DNA of 64,000 bases from the human T2T-CHM13v2.0 reference genome, Homo sapiens, in the NCBI RefSeq assembly GCF_009914755.1, contig NC_060926.1. One strand, written 5' to 3'. The position numbers and the translations under genes were made by a program. How positions within the stretch are numbered: the first letter of the stretch is position 1; every line of letters starts with the position of its first letter. The notes under the pieces were generated by a model. The model saw nothing but the letters and a program-made list of their open reading frames with translations. It searched no databases and was not told where the DNA came from. Positions 58,861-64,000 of the stretch are shown here, one piece after another.

Positions 58861-61800
58861 TTAAAAAGATACAGAACAGTTCAAAAAACAATATAATGGG
58901 AAGACTAGATAGACACAATCAGAGACCTGCACTTGTGGGGTTAAGAATTTACAGGTGAAGTTGCAAGTTTCATTCTGTTTGAAAATGATGGGATTATATG
59001 TTTTGCTGAGGTTTGGACACCTTTGCTGGGTTGTTTGAATGCCGTGGCTGCAGCGCCCTGTTATGGACATCATGTGCGTGCAGAATGGATGTCTGTCAGG
59101 TTCCGGGGCAGCCCGCAGTCTGAGGCAGCCAGCCTGGATTGGAGGGAGTGGCAATACTACCTGCCGGTTAGGGGTTTGGGCCTGAGAGCGAGTGGCTTTC
59201 AGGTTCTCTCAAGCTTCGGATGAGATGCAGGTTTCTGCTTCCGATGGCAAATGCATGTTTTGCTTTTTAGTTATCACTGCAAGAGCTAGGATGCTGCTAG
59301 AATATTACTGGAATGATTGTGATGAGATGGAATGTATTTGCAGTTTAATTGTGACATGTAATACAGTGGTAGAATGGGACTCTGGAATGAGATGCTGGGG
59401 CCTAGATTCTAGCACTTCCTTTGTGAGGCTCTGACCCCCTCTCCTATAGTGGATTTGTTAAGAACTTCTGTTTTTGTGGCTTTGTTATTATAAAATTTTT
59501 TGAAATGTTGTTCTCTAAAAAAGTTATGATTTTATGTTTTTCTTCATGAGATTCTTTCACTGCCTTCCAGCTGCAAGTAGAATGACGTCTAAATCTTTGT
59601 GATCTGTCACTGAAGCCCTTGAGTGAGACACTTAAATCTGGCTGTGGCTCTCTCTCTTACTAGCTTATTTCCAAGCCGTGATTTTTCACAACAGAAAAAT
59701 GGGGACAGTAATAGTAGTTTCTTCAGAGGCTTTTAGTGAAATGAGGTTAAAAAATATTTTTATGTTTATATGGATATATAGATTACAAACATTTATATAT
59801 CATTTATTTATATGATTATTATAAACACATATTTATATTTAAATACTTTGGGGCATAAATATATAAAATAATAAATATACTTATGTAATACAAATAGACT
59901 TATATACATTTACTATTTAGCAGAGATTATATAAAATATATGTATTACATGGCAACATATTCAAATTTACATATGTTATATATACATGTGGAAAAAAAAT
60001 TGGGAAAAGGCCACAAAATGTGACCAAAGAATTACTTCCAAATGGCAAGTTTTTAAGTAATTTTTATTTTCTTTTTATACTTCTCTGTACTTTCTCTATG
60101 AAACAAGTGTTACTTTTACTGTTTTTAGGAACCAAAAATACAAGTACATTGTTTAAAAAATACTAGCTTAACAAAGTTTCTAGCCCATAAGCTAGTGCAG
60201 AAAATCTAGGTCCCATAAAACAAGAACTGCCACACGATGTCTCTCCCCTTACAGTGCTGGATGGCCCGTTGTTAATGGTGTCATAAATCCTTTGCAAGTG
60301 ACTGTTTTCTAGGTACTATGACTAGAGGGATGTGTAACTTAAGCAAAAAACAAAAAACAGAAAAGGCTGACTATCATCTGACAGTGTATCCTGGAACACC
60401 TAGGCCAGAGAAGAAGCCACGTTAGCATTTTCCCTTCTAAATGTCAGTTATGATTTGATGGGGAAACCACTTAAAAAGCATTGTCACGTTGTTGAAAAGG
60501 TAATGAAATGAGTGAGATGAGATGGCTATGGAGGACGGAGCTATGCACCAATCTTATTATATCCAAATTCATGTCATCTCAGCCTTGAATTGTATTGATT
60601 TTTATTATATACTGTCAGAAAATGCTATTGAATGTGTAACAAGAGCCTCAAAAAGGTTTATTCATTTTGACCCCATAATACTACTTTTAGGAAATTATTC
60701 TAAGAAAATAATTAGAGGTATTCTTAAAGATTTGCGTTTTAAAGTCATCCTAAATGTAATCAGGAACTGGCTATGTAAATTATAGCCCATCTCTAAGATT
60801 AAGTGCCTTACAGATATTAAAACCCATGCTGTAGAAGAAAAACTAAAGACAGGAAAGTACTTACAATACAAGATGTACTTACCAGTGGAAAAATCCACTT
60901 ATACTACAGAAATATGATGTGTTCAAATATAAGGAAAAATGTGTATGCATAAAATATTTGGTAGGAAAGAGTAAAATATTACTGGGCATTTATATTTGGA
61001 TGGTGGAATTATACATAATTTTAATTTTCCTTTTTATCTTTTCTGTATTGTCTAAAATGAATACACTAAGCATTGTTATCCTCAGAAAAAAATAATTGAG
61101 GGATGGGGGAAAGGAAGTCCTGCTTTCATTTGATTCTTTGGTTGGTTTTATTCTGTAAGATGAGACTTTAACAGAGGTTAGAATGCATTAAAAATTGTAA
61201 AGACAGTTGACCTAATGGCACTAAACAGGGTTAGATCTAGTTTAGATCTTTTCCAGCATGTGAATAAGAATGGATCTTTAAATAAAGATTTTAACTAGGT
61301 ATATGTTTTAGAATAAGTCATACATGTACATGGTAAAAATTCCAACAGTACAAACTGTGCAGCAAGGTATGGGAAATAAAGCAGCTCTCACTGTCACCTC
61401 CACCCATCAGCCTTCTCACACTGCACGCCCACATCTGTGTGTAATTCTGCTTTTCTTTAACATTACTGAAGGAACTTCCTGTGCATTTTTTGTCAGAGCT
61501 CTTCTGTGAATACACAAAATATGTACTGATCAATACATTATGTAGATCACGCAGGCTCAACCACATTGATCTTCCTATTCTTTCTAGTAGCCAAATAGAG
61601 TTCCCTGGAATATGATTAATAGCTTGCCTAAATCTTCTAATGCTGATAAACAGTTGTTTCTGCTCTTTCGTTATTTCAAGGAATGCTACCATGAATAGCC
61701 TTATATATGGTTTTGAGTATACTTGTTTAAGTGAATGTAGGAAAAACTCTTGGAAGTTAAATTGTGGGCCAGTTTATGTGAATTTTATATTTTGACAGAG

Positions 61801-63347
61801 ATGGCTAAATTACCCACCTGTTTTTTTGTTTTGTTTTGGTTTTGGTTTTGCTTTTTTTTTTTAAGAGTTGGGGTCTTGCTACCTGGGGTCTTGCCACCTG
61901 GGGTCTTGCCCAGGGTAGACCTGAACTCCTGGGCCACGTTGGTTTATTTTACTGCATTCCCAGGGCCTAGAGCAACGATTGACACGTGCTAGCAGTATCT
62001 ATTGGAAATTCTGGCCAACTTGCAATAGACCTGATTATTTCTACACTGAACATGTCTAAGATAGCTATTACTATTCATTCAGGAAAGCCCAGACAATTAT
62101 CATGCCAGCAGCCTGAGACAGTAGCCAGTAATAGCCTGGTGTGGTAGTTTGCTCCTGTAGTCTCAGCTACTCAGCAGGCTGAGGTGGGAGGATGGCTCTA
62201 GCCTGGGAGGTGGAGGTTGCAATGAGCCAAGATTGCGCCCTGCACTCCAGCCTGGGTGACAGAGTGAGACCCTGTCTCAAAAATAAAAATAAGAATAAAA
62301 AATAAACCAGCAAAAGTTTCTGCCCTCACAGAGCTTCCATTCTAGTGAGAGGGTAGTTTGTCATCAGGAGGGTGACGCCGGTAGGGCTGGGGGCCAGCTC
62401 CCTGCAGGGAACAAACATGATCGCAGTGGGGTGGGAGTAGGGGATGAGTCCCCAGAGCCTCTGTGGTTTCCATTTCCACACAAAAAAACCACTGCTGCTG
62501 TAATCAGGAGGGGGAAAAGATTTTTAAAAATTTTCTTTCAGGGAATGGAAGGAAAGGATATTTTTGAAAGTAAGACTTTGAAAACTAAAAGTTTTGGGTC
62601 ACTTAAAAACTCAAAATCTTTAGGTCACTTTAAAAATATTTAATCTTGGAGCTGGAGGCCATTATTCTAGGTAATTAGCTGGGTGTGGTGGTGTGTCCCT
62701 GTAATCCCAACTACTAGGAGGCCGAGGCAGGAGGATTGCTTGAACCTGGGAGGCGGAGGTTGCAGTGAGCCGAGATCGCGACACTGCACTCCAGCTTGGG
62801 TGACAGAGCAAGACTGGGTCTCAAAAGAAAAAAAAAAACGAAAACTAAATACCGTACGTTCTCACTTAAAAGTGGGAGCTAAGCTATGAGGATGCAAAGA
62901 CATACAGAGGGATATAATGGACTTTGGGGATTGATGGTGGGGTTGAATGGGAGGTTGGTCCTAATAGGTCCTAGTACGTCCCCTACTTCTAAGTCTTCCA
63001 GTCTGTCCTTTGCACTTTGAATGTTAATTCCCAGTTGGATAATGTCATTCTCATTTTTACAGTCCTTTCTTAGCTCCTCATCACCTCCAGGACAAAGCCT
63101 AAACCCCTCGCCCCATGGTAATGCGGCCCCTTTGTGACATGGTACCTGGCTAGAGCTTCATCCCTTTGTCCCATCACTCTCCATCCCAGACACTTTGTAG
63201 TTACTTTATTGAGCTCCTTGTGCCTGCCTGAATGGACTTGAAAGTTCTTACCTCCATCTTTTACATTAATTGTTTCCTGTAAGAATTGTGCTTTCTCGCA
63301 TTCTCCCCAAAATCCCTTCCCCATAGGAAGCCCTTCTCCCAGGCTAA

Positions 63348-63629
<282 letters not shown>

Positions 63630-63803
63630 TAGTCAGGCTGGTCTCAAACTCCTGACCTCGTGATCCGCCTGCCTTGGCCTCCCAAAGTGTTGGGATTAGA
63701 GGCGTGAGCCACCGCGCCCAGCCCATTGGCTTGTTTGTATGTCTACCTTCCTAAACAGTAAGAGGGAACTTGTCTGGTGTTCTTTTTTTCTCTCCTGTGC
63801 TGA

Positions 63804-64000
<197 letters not shown>

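Noticed and set aside
61869-61911. 3 x 15-bp repeat TGGGGTCTTGCYACC (GVLLP/GVLPP in ORF 61750..61992)
   Set aside because: Local expansion within a degenerate Alu-monomer fragment; the peptide repeat is incidental.

Overview
Primate (almost certainly human) genomic DNA from the CASP10-CASP8 tandem locus, both genes on the + strand. The window holds the 3' half of CASP10: four internal coding exons including the QACQG catalytic exon, a proximal terminal exon ending ...PLDALSI*, and a distal alternative terminal exon ending ...RRWSSVS*. It then holds the 5' part of CASP8: three alternative promoter/first-exon units at about 30.9, 55.5 and 58.0 kb, and the start of the first common coding exon ([22 protein letters not shown] at 63933). 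Introns and UTRs are dense in Alu, L1, LTR and DNA-transposon relics. They also contain a 2.7-kb old NUMT (ND5-tRNA-L/S/H-ND4-ND4L-tRNA-R), a 5'-truncated SVA with a 14-bp TSD, a HERV-H solo LTR and ancient ERV pol/env remnants. The haplotype appears to carry the CASP8 -652 6-bp deletion, ACG instead of ATG at the CASP8L start, CASP8L R14 and CASP10 I522. I found no wholly new biological system. The most interesting leads are transposon-driven remodelling of the CASP10 3' end and local duplications and templated insertions around the CASP8 promoters. Exon numbers, isoform names and rsIDs are from memory and need checking against annotation.
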